From Candidatus Limnocylindria bacterium (lineage in GTDB: Bacteria; Chloroflexota; Limnocylindria; QHBO01): a DNA stretch of 64,000 bases. Each line of letters begins with the position of its first letter. Position 1 is the first letter of the stretch. The translations under genes and the position numbers were made by a program. Shown one piece after another: positions 35,453 to 46,704 of this stretch. Location of the stretch: contig JBBQGI010000003.1 in assembly GCA_038322875.1 (NCBI GenBank), positions 820 to 64,819 on the forward strand. Direction: 5' to 3'. The notes under the pieces were generated by a model. The model was not told where the DNA came from. It did no database searches and saw only the letters and a list, made by a program, of their open reading frames with translations.

Positions 35453-36199
35453 CTAGAGGTAGCGGAGTGGGTTAACGATGACCCCGCCGACGATCACCTC
35501 GAAGTGGACATGCGGCCCGGTGCAGACGCCGGTGCAGCCGACCGCCGCGATGCCCTGGCCGGCGGCCACCGTCGTCCCGGCCGCGACCCACAGGCTGCCC
35601 AGGTGGTTGTAGAGCGTGACGATGCCGTTGCCGTGGTCGATCGCGATCACCAGGCCGCCGCCGTTGTTCTTCCAGCCGGCCCAGGTGACGACGCCGGCGG
35701 CGGATGCCACCACGGCGCTGCCCGATGGAGCGGCGATGTCAAGGGCCTTGTGATAGGAGCTGTAGTACGTGGTGATCTGGCCACCGGCAACCGGCCAGCC
35801 CAGCTGCCCGGTGCCCACGATCGGCGCGGGCTTGGCATACACCTTGCGCGGCGCAGGGGGCGCGGGCGGGGCCACGGGAGTCGGCAGTGGCGTCGCCTCG
35901 GGGATCTCGGCCGGGCCGCGGCGCTCGAGGAGCGGGTCGGCAGGCGCCTCAGGCTGCGGGACGAGCTCGAAGCGGACGACCTCGGGGACAAAGGACGCTG
36001 CATAGGCTCCCTGGGCGACCGAGACGATCCCGAACGGGAAGCCGCGCTGGCGGGTGCTGCCGGTCGAGCCATTGCTGACTGCGGCTGCGCCGACCGTCAC
36101 GGTGATGGCCAGCAGCGCAAGCACGGCAAGATGTGAAACCGCGCGCGCAGTGGGACGCTCGTCGCTCAAACGGCGCGATGGCCGTCGCTGATCGGGCAA
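35453..36199 (-). CDS. M23 family metallopeptidase (LytM-like), membrane anchored
   Basis: N-terminal TM; HxxxD and HxH motifs (LDIAAPSG... GPHVHFEV). Confidence 0.8.
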   Translation of the reverse strand: MPDQRRPSRRLSDERPTARAVSHLAVLALLAITVTVGAAAVSNGSTGSTRQRGFPFGIVSVAQGAYAASFVPEVVRFELVPQPEAPADPLLERRGPAEIPEATPLPTPVAPPAPPAPRKVYAKPAPIVGTGQLGWPVAGGQITTYYSSYHKALDIAAPSGSAVVASAAGVVTWAGWKNNGGGLVIAIDHGNGIVTLYNHLGSLWVAAGTTVAAGQGIAAVGCTGVCTGPHVHFEVIVGGVIVNPLRYL

Positions 36200-36348
36200 T
36201 AGAGATGGCTCCCGCGGTTCCTAGCTGGTTCTCTGCGCCCGACCCCGCTCATCCCCTGCTCGCATTGGGCGCGACGGCGCCGGCCAGGGGTCGTGCGCGA
36301 CGATGGTAGCAGTGCCGTTAAGAAGCGGTCAACCCTTGCAGGTTCGTT

Positions 36349-37725
36349 TCAAGGCGCGCCGGTGGCGAGCTGCAGGGCCGGCGATCCGATCTCCGCGAGC
36401 GAGGTCGTGGAGTTCCCGAGGTCGATCCACAGAATCTGACGGGCGGTGCCGGTCGGGGCAGGCGGCACCAGCCGCAGGTGCACCGACTCGCCCGGCGCAA
36501 GGGCAGGGATCTGCACTCCCGACGGGTCGAGGGCGGGCGGCGCCGTCCGTAGGTACGGCTCATCGCTTGGCTCCCATCCGGCGAAAAGCTGCAGACCTGC
36601 CGGCCAAGCGACGGTTCCGCTGTTGGTCAAGCGGACCGGGACCCCGGCGGCCAGCGCGTCAGCCGGCAGCAGCGGTGCCCAGAAGAGCGGACCGGCGCCG
36701 GGAACCAATGTCGGGAGAGTGCCGGCAGTTCCCCCGGCAAGCTCCGCGTCATACCGGATCGCCAGGGGTCGATGGGTGAAGTACGCCCCCAGTGCGTTGG
36801 CGATCCCCTGCGCGGTCGTCGCCTGCCCGGGGGGCGAAAGGAGCAGGTCCTGCTCTGCGGACAGGGTGATCGAGCCGACCTCGGTCAGGATCGCCGGCAT
36901 CAGCGCCCCGCGCCGCGGCTGCGTGATGGGATCCGGACGATCGGGAGTGGCCACGAAGAGCGGCGGCGCCACGATGAAGAAGTTCACCGCCGAGATGCCG
37001 CGGTCCTGGCGGTCGTATGTCGCCGCGGCATCCATGGCGGCCACCACCCCGGCCTGCACCTCCTGCGCCAGGCCCTGCGTGGCGCTCACCCCCCATGGAG
37101 TCTCATCGGTGTAGTAGGTCTGGGTGAGCGCAATCTCGAAGATGACCCCGTTCTCGGTGACCGAGTTGATGTGGATGCTGACCAGCACATCGGCGCGCGC
37201 CAGGTTGACCAGGTCGATGCGAGCCTGCAGCTCGTCGTGGGTGCGCGTCTTTCCCTCCGGGTCGAAGCCTGTCTGACCGTCGCCGTTCACGTCGCGGAAC
37301 GGAGGTCCGGTGCAGCCCAGGGCCGGATAGTCGTCGCCGGCCAGCGCCGCGTCAGTCGTGCGGGTCATCACGACCGTGATCCGCTGGGCCTCGAGGACGC
37401 GCTTCAGCTCCAGGCCGATGGCCAGGGTCATCGCCTTCTCGCTGAACGGCTGCCCGCGCTCCCGGGGATCAGGAACGCCCCAGTCGAGGCAGCCGCCGTG
37501 GCCCGGATCGATGGCCACCACGATGGCGCCGGGGTTCGGCTCGTAGATGGTGCTTGACGAGCCGGGGGCAGGCACCACCTCACCGATGTCGGCGCTGGCG
37601 ACGGGTGACGCAGACTCCAGGACCGATCCCCCCGGGCCGCTGGGGCTTGGCGTCGCAGTCCCACAGGCCGCCAACAGCAGCACTCCGAAGAGCGCCGCGG
37701 TCCTGCGACGCGCTCGGTTCGGCAC
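36349..37725 (-). CDS. N-acetylmuramoyl-L-alanine amidase (Amidase_3) lipoprotein
   Basis: Lipobox LLAAC; Amidase_3 motifs (VVAIDPGHGG ... VLVSIHINS). Confidence 0.8.
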   Translation of the reverse strand: MPNRARRRTAALFGVLLLAACGTATPSPSGPGGSVLESASPVASADIGEVVPAPGSSSTIYEPNPGAIVVAIDPGHGGCLDWGVPDPRERGQPFSEKAMTLAIGLELKRVLEAQRITVVMTRTTDAALAGDDYPALGCTGPPFRDVNGDGQTGFDPEGKTRTHDELQARIDLVNLARADVLVSIHINSVTENGVIFEIALTQTYYTDETPWGVSATQGLAQEVQAGVVAAMDAAATYDRQDRGISAVNFFIVAPPLFVATPDRPDPITQPRRGALMPAILTEVGSITLSAEQDLLLSPPGQATTAQGIANALGAYFTHRPLAIRYDAELAGGTAGTLPTLVPGAGPLFWAPLLPADALAAGVPVRLTNSGTVAWPAGLQLFAGWEPSDEPYLRTAPPALDPSGVQIPALAPGESVHLRLVPPAPTGTARQILWIDLGNSTTSLAEIGSPALQLATGAP

Positions 37726-37739
37726 GTGACGGACCCCGA

Positions 37740-39212
37740 TCAGCGCTCGGAGGCTTCGAGGCTCTTGCTGAGCGAGACGAGGAACTCGGCGTTGTTCTTT
37801 GTCTTGCCGAGTCGCTGCATGAGCAGCTCGATCCCCTCGTTCGGTCCGACCGCCGAGAGCATGCGACGCATCGTCCAGATCATGCGCAGCGTGTTCTCGT
37901 CGAGCAGCAGCTCCTCGCGCCGAGTGCCCGAACGCAGCACGTCAATGGCGGGGAAGATGCGCTTCTCACTGAGCTTGCGATCGAGCGCCAGCTCCATGTT
38001 GCCGGTCCCCTTGAACTCCTCGTAGATGACGTCGTCCATCCGCGAGCCCGTATCGACCAGGCAGGTCGCGATGATCGTGAGGCTGCCCCCGCCCTCGATG
38101 TTCCGTGCGGCGCCGAAGAAGCGCTTGGGCGGATAGAGGGCGATCGGGTCGACGCCGCCCGACAGGGTCTTGCCGGAGGCCGGCAGTGCCAGGTTGTATG
38201 CGCGCGCCAGCCGCGTGATCGAATCGAGCAGGATCACCACGTCGCGGCCGGTCTCGACCTGCCGCTTGGCGATCTCCAGGCACATCTCCGCGACGCGGGT
38301 GTGGTTCTCGGTCGGCTCGTCGAAGGTGGAGGCGTAGATCTCGCCCTTCACGCTCCGACTCATGTCGGTGACCTCTTCCGGTCGCTCGCCGATCAGGGCG
38401 ACCATCAGCACCGCATCGGGATAGTTGTCGGTGATCCCGGCGGCGATGTGCTTCAACACCGTCGTCTTGCCCGCCTTGGCGGGCGACAGGATCAGGCCAC
38501 GCTGGCCCTTCCCGATGGGACTGATCAGGTTGATCAGGCGCTGGGTCAGGTTCTTCTGATCGGTCTCGATATCGAACATGTCGTCCGGGAAGACCGGGAC
38601 CAGGGTGTCGAAGTAGGGACGCCGGCGCGCCGTATCGGGATCGACCCCGTTCACCGTGTCGACGCGCAGCAGGCCCCAGTACTTCTCCTGGTCCTTGGGC
38701 GGTCGGGTCTGACCCTCGACCTTGTCGCCGGTGCGCAGGCCGAAGCGTCGGACCTGGGACGAGCTGACATAGATGTCGTCGGGCGACGGCATCACGCCGT
38801 GGCGCCGCAGGAAGGCGAATCCCTCGTCGACGATCTCGAGGACGCCGGTGGCGATCCCCGGTGTCCCGTTCTGCTCGATGCGTGGCTGCGTGGGAGTGAG
38901 CGGCACCACGTCGAGCAGCTTCAGCACCAGGTCGGAGTGATCCAGTTCGTCGGCGCCCTCGACCCCGAGCTCGCTGCCCAGCTCGCGGAGCTCCTCCAGG
39001 CTGCGTGCCTGGAGCTCGGCGAGGTTCCAGCCCTCATCGGTCTCGTCGCCCTCACGCGGGAACGGCCCGGAGAAGATCGACGAGTAGCCGCCGGTCGCGT
39101 AGTTGTTGCGGCGGCCCTGGAAGACGGGGCGTGGTGATTGGCGCCGTGGTCCTCCGCCATCGGGCCGGCGTCGGGGTCGACCGCGGCGCTGGGAGCGGGT
39201 GTCGTCGTTCAT
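37740..39212 (-). CDS. rho: transcription termination factor Rho with Arg-rich N-terminal extension
   Basis: Rho_N, RNA-binding CSD, P-loop ([18 protein letters not shown]), Q and R loops; start at the ATG at 39212 (alternative TTG at 39263). Confidence 0.9.
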   Translation of the reverse strand: MNDDTRSQRRGRPRRRPDGGGPRRQSPRPVFQGRRNNYATGGYSSIFSGPFPREGDETDEGWNLAELQARSLEELRELGSELGVEGADELDHSDLVLKLLDVVPLTPTQPRIEQNGTPGIATGVLEIVDEGFAFLRRHGVMPSPDDIYVSSSQVRRFGLRTGDKVEGQTRPPKDQEKYWGLLRVDTVNGVDPDTARRRPYFDTLVPVFPDDMFDIETDQKNLTQRLINLISPIGKGQRGLILSPAKAGKTTVLKHIAAGITDNYPDAVLMVALIGERPEEVTDMSRSVKGEIYASTFDEPTENHTRVAEMCLEIAKRQVETGRDVVILLDSITRLARAYNLALPASGKTLSGGVDPIALYPPKRFFGAARNIEGGGSLTIIATCLVDTGSRMDDVIYEEFKGTGNMELALDRKLSEKRIFPAIDVLRSGTRREELLLDENTLRMIWTMRRMLSAVGPNEGIELLMQRLGKTKNNAEFLVSLSKSLEASER

Positions 39213-39363
39213 GACGGCCTCGGGTACGGGGAGTTGTTCATGGATAGCCTGTGACCTCAGCAAGGGATCTGGGTAGGGAGCGATGCTCAGCGGTCGAGGG
39301 TTTCACGGGATCCACGCTGGAGCGTGTCGCTCTCGTCCGGGGGACGCGCGGGCGGATGGCCGG

Positions 39364-40938
39364 TCAGACCTTGCGGGTCCCTGCGCGAGTGGTGATGTTG
39401 GGCCCACCGTAGCCGCTCATCTCGCCGATGAGCCTGGCCCGAATCTGACGCACGACCGGTCGCCAGTCCAACGAATCATACCCGAGATGTGCAACTACCT
39501 GCTCGGCGCTCCAGGCCTGTCCCCGGCTCCAGGCCCGCTTGAGCGTCTCGCCGGCCGCGCTGCTCCTCCACCAGGCCTCCCCGTGGTTCGCCACGAGGTA
39601 GTCGGTCAGGGCCGCGTCGAGCTCGAACGAGCGCAGATATGAGGCTGCATACATGCCGTCATCGATCGTCAGGTAGCGCTCCTCGGGCTCTCGCGCTCCC
39701 AGGAGGAGGCCGACGAGGCCCGCGTACGTCGCCCGGCTGAGTGCGGCATCGCCGCCGCGGTACATCCGCAGCTCGTGGAGGTGATGGGCACCAAGCCTGC
39801 GCATGGTGATCAGCTGCGAGAGCGCGCAGAAGTCCGCAAACGAGACCGCCTGCTCCGCCGGCATGCCGAGCCGCTCCTCCAGCCAGGATGGCTCAGCCAG
39901 GAGGCGCTGGAGGGTCGTGGCATAGCCCTCGGTCACCGCCCAGTCGCCCAGCTCGCGCAACGAGACAGGCAGGCCGGCGTCGACGTGCAGGAAGTGCTCC
40001 AGGTGTCCCGTCTCGTGCAGGGCGGCGGAATAGTCCTGCCAGCCTCCATGCGGCTGGATCACCAGGCGCACGTCGCGAGGCGCGTTGATCACCGCCACGA
40101 AGGCTCGTGGCGACTTGTTCGGCCGGGCATCGACATCGAGGGTGGCACCCTTCTGGCCGCGCAGCTCGATCCCCAGCCCCCGCAGGGTGGCCTCCAGGAC
40201 CGGGAGGAGCTGCTTGCCCTCGAACCAGTGATCCCAGCCACTGCCGCGGACCAGGTACCACAGGTCGGCCAGGCTGGCGTCCCCCTGCTCGATCTCGATC
40301 CGGGCCAGGTAACGCCGAAGGGCGGCGAAGTAAGGGGTCTCTGACTCATCCAGGAATCCGCGCATCTCCGCGGCGAGGGCATCGGGATCGAATCCGCGGG
40401 TCGTCGCGATCAGCTCGACGTAGTCGCGGTAGCCGAGCTGCACGGCGAGCGCCTTGATCCGTTCGAAGCGCTCCAGGCGCAGCGGATTGATCGCCTCCTC
40501 CGCCTCCAGGTAGGAGGCATGGAGCCCGTTCCGCTCCGCCCGTCCACTGATCTCGCTGATCCGATTGCGCAGCGCGCGATACGGGATCCGCTCGCCTCGC
40601 CACACGACCACCGCGGTCGCCTGGGCGGTGCCGACGGCATCGGTCAGCGCGGCGGTGGCGCGGTCGATGTAGCCGTCGGTCGCGGCGGCCAGGAGCGCCC
40701 GGTTGTGGCCCGCCTCGTCGCCACCGGCATCGAGCAGGCGGCGCAACGCGTCGATCTTGTCACGGTCGAAGACGGAGGCGTGTCGCTCGTAGATCGGCCC
40801 AAGCCTCAGCTGGTCGTGCAGGCCGGCGGCGTGCTGATACATCTCCTCCTCGCGCGCGGCGACGAAGGCGCCGAGGTCGCGCTCGTACGCAGACCGGTCG
40901 AATGCCGGCCTCCGACCGGCCGCGGCGCGCGGGCTCAT
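39364..40938 (-). CDS. M3-like zinc metallopeptidase (HExGHxxH)
   Basis: HETGHLEH zinc-binding motif in the C-terminal third, the layout of the oligoendopeptidase/M3 family; start 5 nt after the pyrG stop. Confidence 0.6.
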   Translation of the reverse strand: MSPRAAAGRRPAFDRSAYERDLGAFVAAREEEMYQHAAGLHDQLRLGPIYERHASVFDRDKIDALRRLLDAGGDEAGHNRALLAAATDGYIDRATAALTDAVGTAQATAVVVWRGERIPYRALRNRISEISGRAERNGLHASYLEAEEAINPLRLERFERIKALAVQLGYRDYVELIATTRGFDPDALAAEMRGFLDESETPYFAALRRYLARIEIEQGDASLADLWYLVRGSGWDHWFEGKQLLPVLEATLRGLGIELRGQKGATLDVDARPNKSPRAFVAVINAPRDVRLVIQPHGGWQDYSAALHETGHLEHFLHVDAGLPVSLRELGDWAVTEGYATTLQRLLAEPSWLEERLGMPAEQAVSFADFCALSQLITMRRLGAHHLHELRMYRGGDAALSRATYAGLVGLLLGAREPEERYLTIDDGMYAASYLRSFELDAALTDYLVANHGEAWWRSSAAGETLKRAWSRGQAWSAEQVVAHLGYDSLDWRPVVRQIRARLIGEMSGYGGPNITTRAGTRKV

Positions 40939-40942
40939 CGGC

Positions 40943-42727
<1,785 letters not shown>

Positions 42728-42740
42728 TCAGTCTAGCGCA

Positions 42741-43550
42741 ATGCCGGCCGCGCTGCGTGTCATCCACCCCGCCCCCGCCCTCGCCGTCGTCGCCCTCTCC
42801 GCGGCGCTGGGGGCGATCCTGTCCAGCCAGGCAGGACTGCCACTCGGCGCCAGCTGGGCGCTCACGGTGCTGGCCGTGGCCGGTTCACAGGTCTTCACCG
42901 GCGCGACCAACGACATCGCCGACCGGGTGCGGGACAGTGCGGGCCGCCCGGAAAAGCCGGTCGCGTCCGGCGAGCTGAGCCTCAACACGGCGGCCTGGAT
43001 CGCATCAGCCGGCCTGGCGGTGCAGCTGGTCGCCTCGTGGCGCACCGGTGAGCTGGCACTGGCGCTGGGCGCCGCCGCCTCGGCATCCGCCCTCGCCTAC
43101 AACCTGGCGCTCTCCCGTACGCCGTTCTCCCCGCTCCCCTACCTCATCAGCTTTGGTCTGCTGCCGGCCTGGATCGCGGCGGGGGTGGGAGTTCCGCTGG
43201 AGCGGGTGCTGCCCGCCATCCCCCTGGCGGCGCCATTCGCCGTTGCCGCCCACCTGGCGAACACGCTGCGTGACTTCGAGGCCGATGCGGCCGGTGGGTC
43301 ACGCAGTCTGGCGCAGGTGCTCGGCCGGCAAACGAGCCTGCGCCTGGCGGCTGGCCTGGCGATGGCCGTGGGACTGGGAGTGGGCGGCGCGCTCCTGCTC
43401 GGCGGTCGCGCCACGCCGCCCGGGGTCGTGCTTGGCCTGGTCGGCCTGGCGGCCGTGGCGCAGGGTGCCTTCTGCGAACGGCGGCTGTGGTACGGGGTAT
43501 TGATCGCGGCGGTCTGCTGGACCGCAGCCTGGGCCCTGAGTACGGCCTAG
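42741..43550 (+). CDS. UbiA family prenyltransferase
   Basis: NDIADRVRD (NDxxDxxxD) Asp-rich motif; 8 TM; ATG at 42741 within the track ORF. Confidence 0.75.
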   Translation: MPAALRVIHPAPALAVVALSAALGAILSSQAGLPLGASWALTVLAVAGSQVFTGATNDIADRVRDSAGRPEKPVASGELSLNTAAWIASAGLAVQLVASWRTGELALALGAAASASALAYNLALSRTPFSPLPYLISFGLLPAWIAAGVGVPLERVLPAIPLAAPFAVAAHLANTLRDFEADAAGGSRSLAQVLGRQTSLRLAAGLAMAVGLGVGGALLLGGRATPPGVVLGLVGLAAVAQGAFCERRLWYGVLIAAVCWTAAWALSTA

Positions 43551-43702
43551 ACGGCGTCCTCGATCTCGAGGTCGTCGTCGTCGTCGCCCTCTTCGGTCAG
43601 CTTCAGCCACACGAAGAGGCCCGCGAGCACGGTGAGCGGGATCACGATCATGGCGGCCAGGAGTGCCCCGATGGTCAGGAACAGGATCTTGATGAGCTTC
43701 AT
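43547..43702 (-). CDS. small membrane protein (51 aa) with acidic C-tail; not in the ORF track
   Basis: MKLIKILFLTIGALLAAMIVIPLTVLAGLFVWLKLTEEGDDDDDLEIEDAV; GGGGAG SD 7 nt upstream; overlaps the ubiA-like stop by 4 nt. Confidence 0.4.
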   Translation of the reverse strand: MKLIKILFLTIGALLAAMIVIPLTVLAGLFVWLKLTEEGDDDDDLEIEDAV

Positions 43703-43743
43703 GCCAAGTCTCCCCGTCGATGGGCCCGGTGCCCCGGGCGGAT

Positions 43744-44241
43744 CTATTCTCGCTGCTGCGGTGCCGCAACGATCATAGACATGATGTCATCCCTGGTGAA
43801 TTCGACGAGCTGGTGACCGCTCGACGTGGCCCCGGAGCCCGCCACCAGGAGCCGCAGCACGAATGCCCCGTCCTGCTCGAAAAGGAAGACATCGCGCGGC
43901 TTCTGGCCGTCCAGGTACGCACCGATCACGCGCATCGCCTGCTCGTAGTAGTTCGACAGCTCGGCCTGCGGCGTGCCGTCTGCACCGGGCACGCGCTTGG
44001 CCGTCAGGGCATCCATCAGCTGCCCGATCTCATCGTCGGGAAGCTCATGCGTCGTCTTGGTGAGGGAGCCTTCGGACTCCGACCTGGCGCTGGCCGCGGG
44101 GATGGCCAGGGCCTGGAGCACGAAGCCGGCGTCCAGCTCCAGCAGGAGCAGCTCCTTCAGACGCTCGCGGTCGGCAAAGGCCCCGATGCTGCGCAGCACC
44201 TCTTCCCAATCCTGTCGCGGGCTCCCCTCGTAGATCCGCAT
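43744..44241 (-). CDS. hypothetical protein
   Basis: ~165 aa soluble protein; no confident motif. Confidence 0.4.
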   Translation of the reverse strand: MRIYEGSPRQDWEEVLRSIGAFADRERLKELLLLELDAGFVLQALAIPAASARSESEGSLTKTTHELPDDEIGQLMDALTAKRVPGADGTPQAELSNYYEQAMRVIGAYLDGQKPRDVFLFEQDGAFVLRLLVAGSGATSSGHQLVEFTRDDIMSMIVAAPQQRE

Positions 44242-44317
44242 GCGCCACTCCAACTGCCGAGGTGATGCTCAACCTGGACCGGCTGGCAGGATACCAGTCA
44301 GCATGGGCGGGATTGCT

Positions 44318-45232
44318 TCAGGCGGTGCTCCGACGCTCCGCATTCACGAGCGCGACGGCGATCCGAGCTGCCAATCCGGCGTTGTCCACGATCAGGCCGA
44401 TGTTGGTCCGCAGGGTACGGCCACCCGAGAGATCGGCGACCCGGGCCAGGACGAACGGCGTGACCTCTCCACCGCGGATCCCGTGCTCCTCGGCGGCAGC
44501 CGTGGCGGCCTCGATCCACGCGCCAACCTCGTCGGGCGGAATGGCAAGGTCGGCAGGAGGCGGCTGGACGATCAGGATCCCGGCGCTGCCCGGCAGCCCG
44601 AAATGCAGCCTGAGCATGGCCGCCGCCTCGTCGGGGGCATCGACCCGATGCGGAAGCAGCAGCCCCGAAGCGGCGCTGTAGAAGGCCGGCACCTCGTCGA
44701 CGCCGTAGCCGACGACCGGGACGCGCCTGGTCTCCAGGAGCTCCAGCGTGGCCGGCAGGTCCAGGATCGACTTCGCGCCGCTGCACACGACCGCGACGCC
44801 CGTAGCCGCCAGCTCGTCGATGTCGCTGCTGACGTCGAACGAGACCGCGGCGCCGCGATGCACGCCTCCGATTCCGCCGGTCGCGAAGAGGCGGATGCCG
44901 GCCATCGCGGCGATCCGGATGGTTGCGCTGACGGTGGTCGATGCGAGCCGCCCCGAGGCCAGGAGCGGAGCGAGGTCGCGCGACGCCGCCTTGGCCGCAC
45001 CGCGGGCCGGGTCGGCCAGTCGCTCGAGCACGTCCTGCGGAGCGCCGACGAGGAGCCGGCTCCGATCGATCGCCACTGTCGCGGGAACGGCGCCCTCGCC
45101 GCGGACCGCCGCCTCGGCGGCAGCCGCCGTCTCGAGGTTATGCGGCACCGGCAGGCCCTGGGCGATCAGGCTCGACTCGAGCGCGACCACGGCGTCGCCG
45201 CTGGCGATGGCGGCGGTCACCTCCTCCGACAT
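44318..45232 (-). CDS. psuG: pseudouridine-5'-phosphate glycosidase
   Basis: Matches YeiN-type PsuG along its full length (VVALESSLIAQGLP ... GAVPATVAI ... FATGGIGGVHRGA ... VVCSGAKSILDL ... TPFVLARVADLSGG). Confidence 0.85.
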   Translation of the reverse strand: MSEEVTAAIASGDAVVALESSLIAQGLPVPHNLETAAAAEAAVRGEGAVPATVAIDRSRLLVGAPQDVLERLADPARGAAKAASRDLAPLLASGRLASTTVSATIRIAAMAGIRLFATGGIGGVHRGAAVSFDVSSDIDELAATGVAVVCSGAKSILDLPATLELLETRRVPVVGYGVDEVPAFYSAASGLLLPHRVDAPDEAAAMLRLHFGLPGSAGILIVQPPPADLAIPPDEVGAWIEAATAAAEEHGIRGGEVTPFVLARVADLSGGRTLRTNIGLIVDNAGLAARIAVALVNAERRSTA

Positions 45233-45246
45233 CCACAGTGGCGTGC

Positions 45247-46170
45247 TCAACGCCCCGCACCGGGCTCGCCGGCGATGCGAGCCTGCGCGCCGGCCACGCG
45301 TGCCGCGAGGCCGCCTGCACGGGACCCCGCCTCCATGGCGGCGCGCAGGACGGCAACCTCGGGAGGCCACTCGGCAGCGCCCAGGCCAAGGATCAGGGCC
45401 GCCGCGTAGGCATCGCCGGCGCCGGTCGCGTCGACCATCGGAGTGGCCGGGTCCCGCGCCGGAACCGAGAGGGCGAAGCCGGGTCCCGCGCCGGCCGAGC
45501 CGGCCGCGCCACCGGTGACGACGGCGACGGCGCCCGGAAAGGCGCTCGCCAACGCATCCGCGGCGGCGGCCAGGGACGGCAGGGGCAGGCTGAGGAGGGC
45601 CGCGGCTTCGTCGCGGCCCAGGATCAGGAGCCGGGCATGCGTCGTGGCGACGCGGTCGCGGATCCGCGCCGCCAGCTCCGCGTCGGGAGGCAGCGAGCCG
45701 CCACCCACGCTGACCCGGGCCGTCGCAGGCAGCCCGCCGATCACCGCAGCCAGCTGGTCGCCGGTGGCGTCATCGGCCAGTGGGTAGCCGGAGCAATGGA
45801 TCCAGTCGGCGCCAACGCAGGCAGCGGCAACCGCGGCGGGAGCAAGGGTGACGCGATCGGAGAGCATCGAGCGTTCTCCGTCGGCCTCGAGGAGGGCGAC
45901 CACGGTGCCACTGCGCTCGGCGGGCAACCGCGCCAGGGCCACGCCGTCCGACTGCAGGGCGTTCAGCAGGAGTCCTCCGGCGGCATCATCGGCGATGGCG
46001 GTGGCCAGGGTCACGCTCGCCCCGGCGCGGGCCAGCCGGACCGCGACGTTTGCACCCTGGCCTCCCGGCGAGAGGGCGATCTGGGCGGCCACGTCGCCGC
46101 CTGCGCGAGATTGTTCGGCCGGCCGGACCATGACGTCCAGGGTGGCGTCGCCGATCACGCTGACCCGCAT
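45247..46170 (-). CDS. psuK: PfkB-family carbohydrate kinase, probable pseudouridine kinase
   Basis: PfkB signatures (GGQGANVA ... DATGAGDAY); directly upstream of psuG. Confidence 0.7.
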   Translation of the reverse strand: MRVSVIGDATLDVMVRPAEQSRAGGDVAAQIALSPGGQGANVAVRLARAGASVTLATAIADDAAGGLLLNALQSDGVALARLPAERSGTVVALLEADGERSMLSDRVTLAPAAVAAACVGADWIHCSGYPLADDATGDQLAAVIGGLPATARVSVGGGSLPPDAELAARIRDRVATTHARLLILGRDEAAALLSLPLPSLAAAADALASAFPGAVAVVTGGAAGSAGAGPGFALSVPARDPATPMVDATGAGDAYAAALILGLGAAEWPPEVAVLRAAMEAGSRAGGLAARVAGAQARIAGEPGAGR

Positions 46171-46180
46171 CAGCGTGGGG

Positions 46181-46576
46181 TCACCAGGGCCTCCGGCTGG
46201 CGTAGCCCTCATCGGTCGGATGCCAGAACGCGACCCGGGGATCGGCCAGTCTCCAGCAGAGCCAGACCGGCGCGCCGTCGCGCTCGCCGGGGAAGTCGAC
46301 CAGGCCCATCTCCAGGTCGCGCACTTCGACGCCCATCTCGCTCAGGTGCACCAGCAGCGTCCGCATCCCCTCCCGGATCTCCGACACCTCGACCTCCTGG
46401 TGGCTGGCGGCGGCGGCGCTGGCCGGATCGCCGTTGTTGTCCAGCTGGCGGTGCATCTCCTCGTGCGAGGCATCCAGGCGACGCTGCTCGACGGCGAGCT
46501 GCAGCAGCACGGCTCGAACCTGCGGGATGAGCGCGTTGGCCTCGTCGATGCTGTAGCTGCGGCGAGCGTCCGACAT
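46181..46576 (-). CDS. conserved hypothetical protein (DUF2203-like)
   Basis: 131 aa; GVEVRDLEMGLVDFP...VWLCW...FWH pattern. Confidence 0.45.
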   Translation of the reverse strand: MSDARRSYSIDEANALIPQVRAVLLQLAVEQRRLDASHEEMHRQLDNNGDPASAAAASHQEVEVSEIREGMRTLLVHLSEMGVEVRDLEMGLVDFPGERDGAPVWLCWRLADPRVAFWHPTDEGYASRRPW

Positions 46577-46704
46577 GGCGGCCCGATGGTAGCAGCACCT
46601 TTCGACCGCGCCCGCTCTGCTAGCATCGAATCCACTTTAGCTGCGGGCCTGCTCCGCGCCGCGACGGCGCCCGCGATCTTCGCAGGAGGCGTCAGCCATC
46701 ACCG

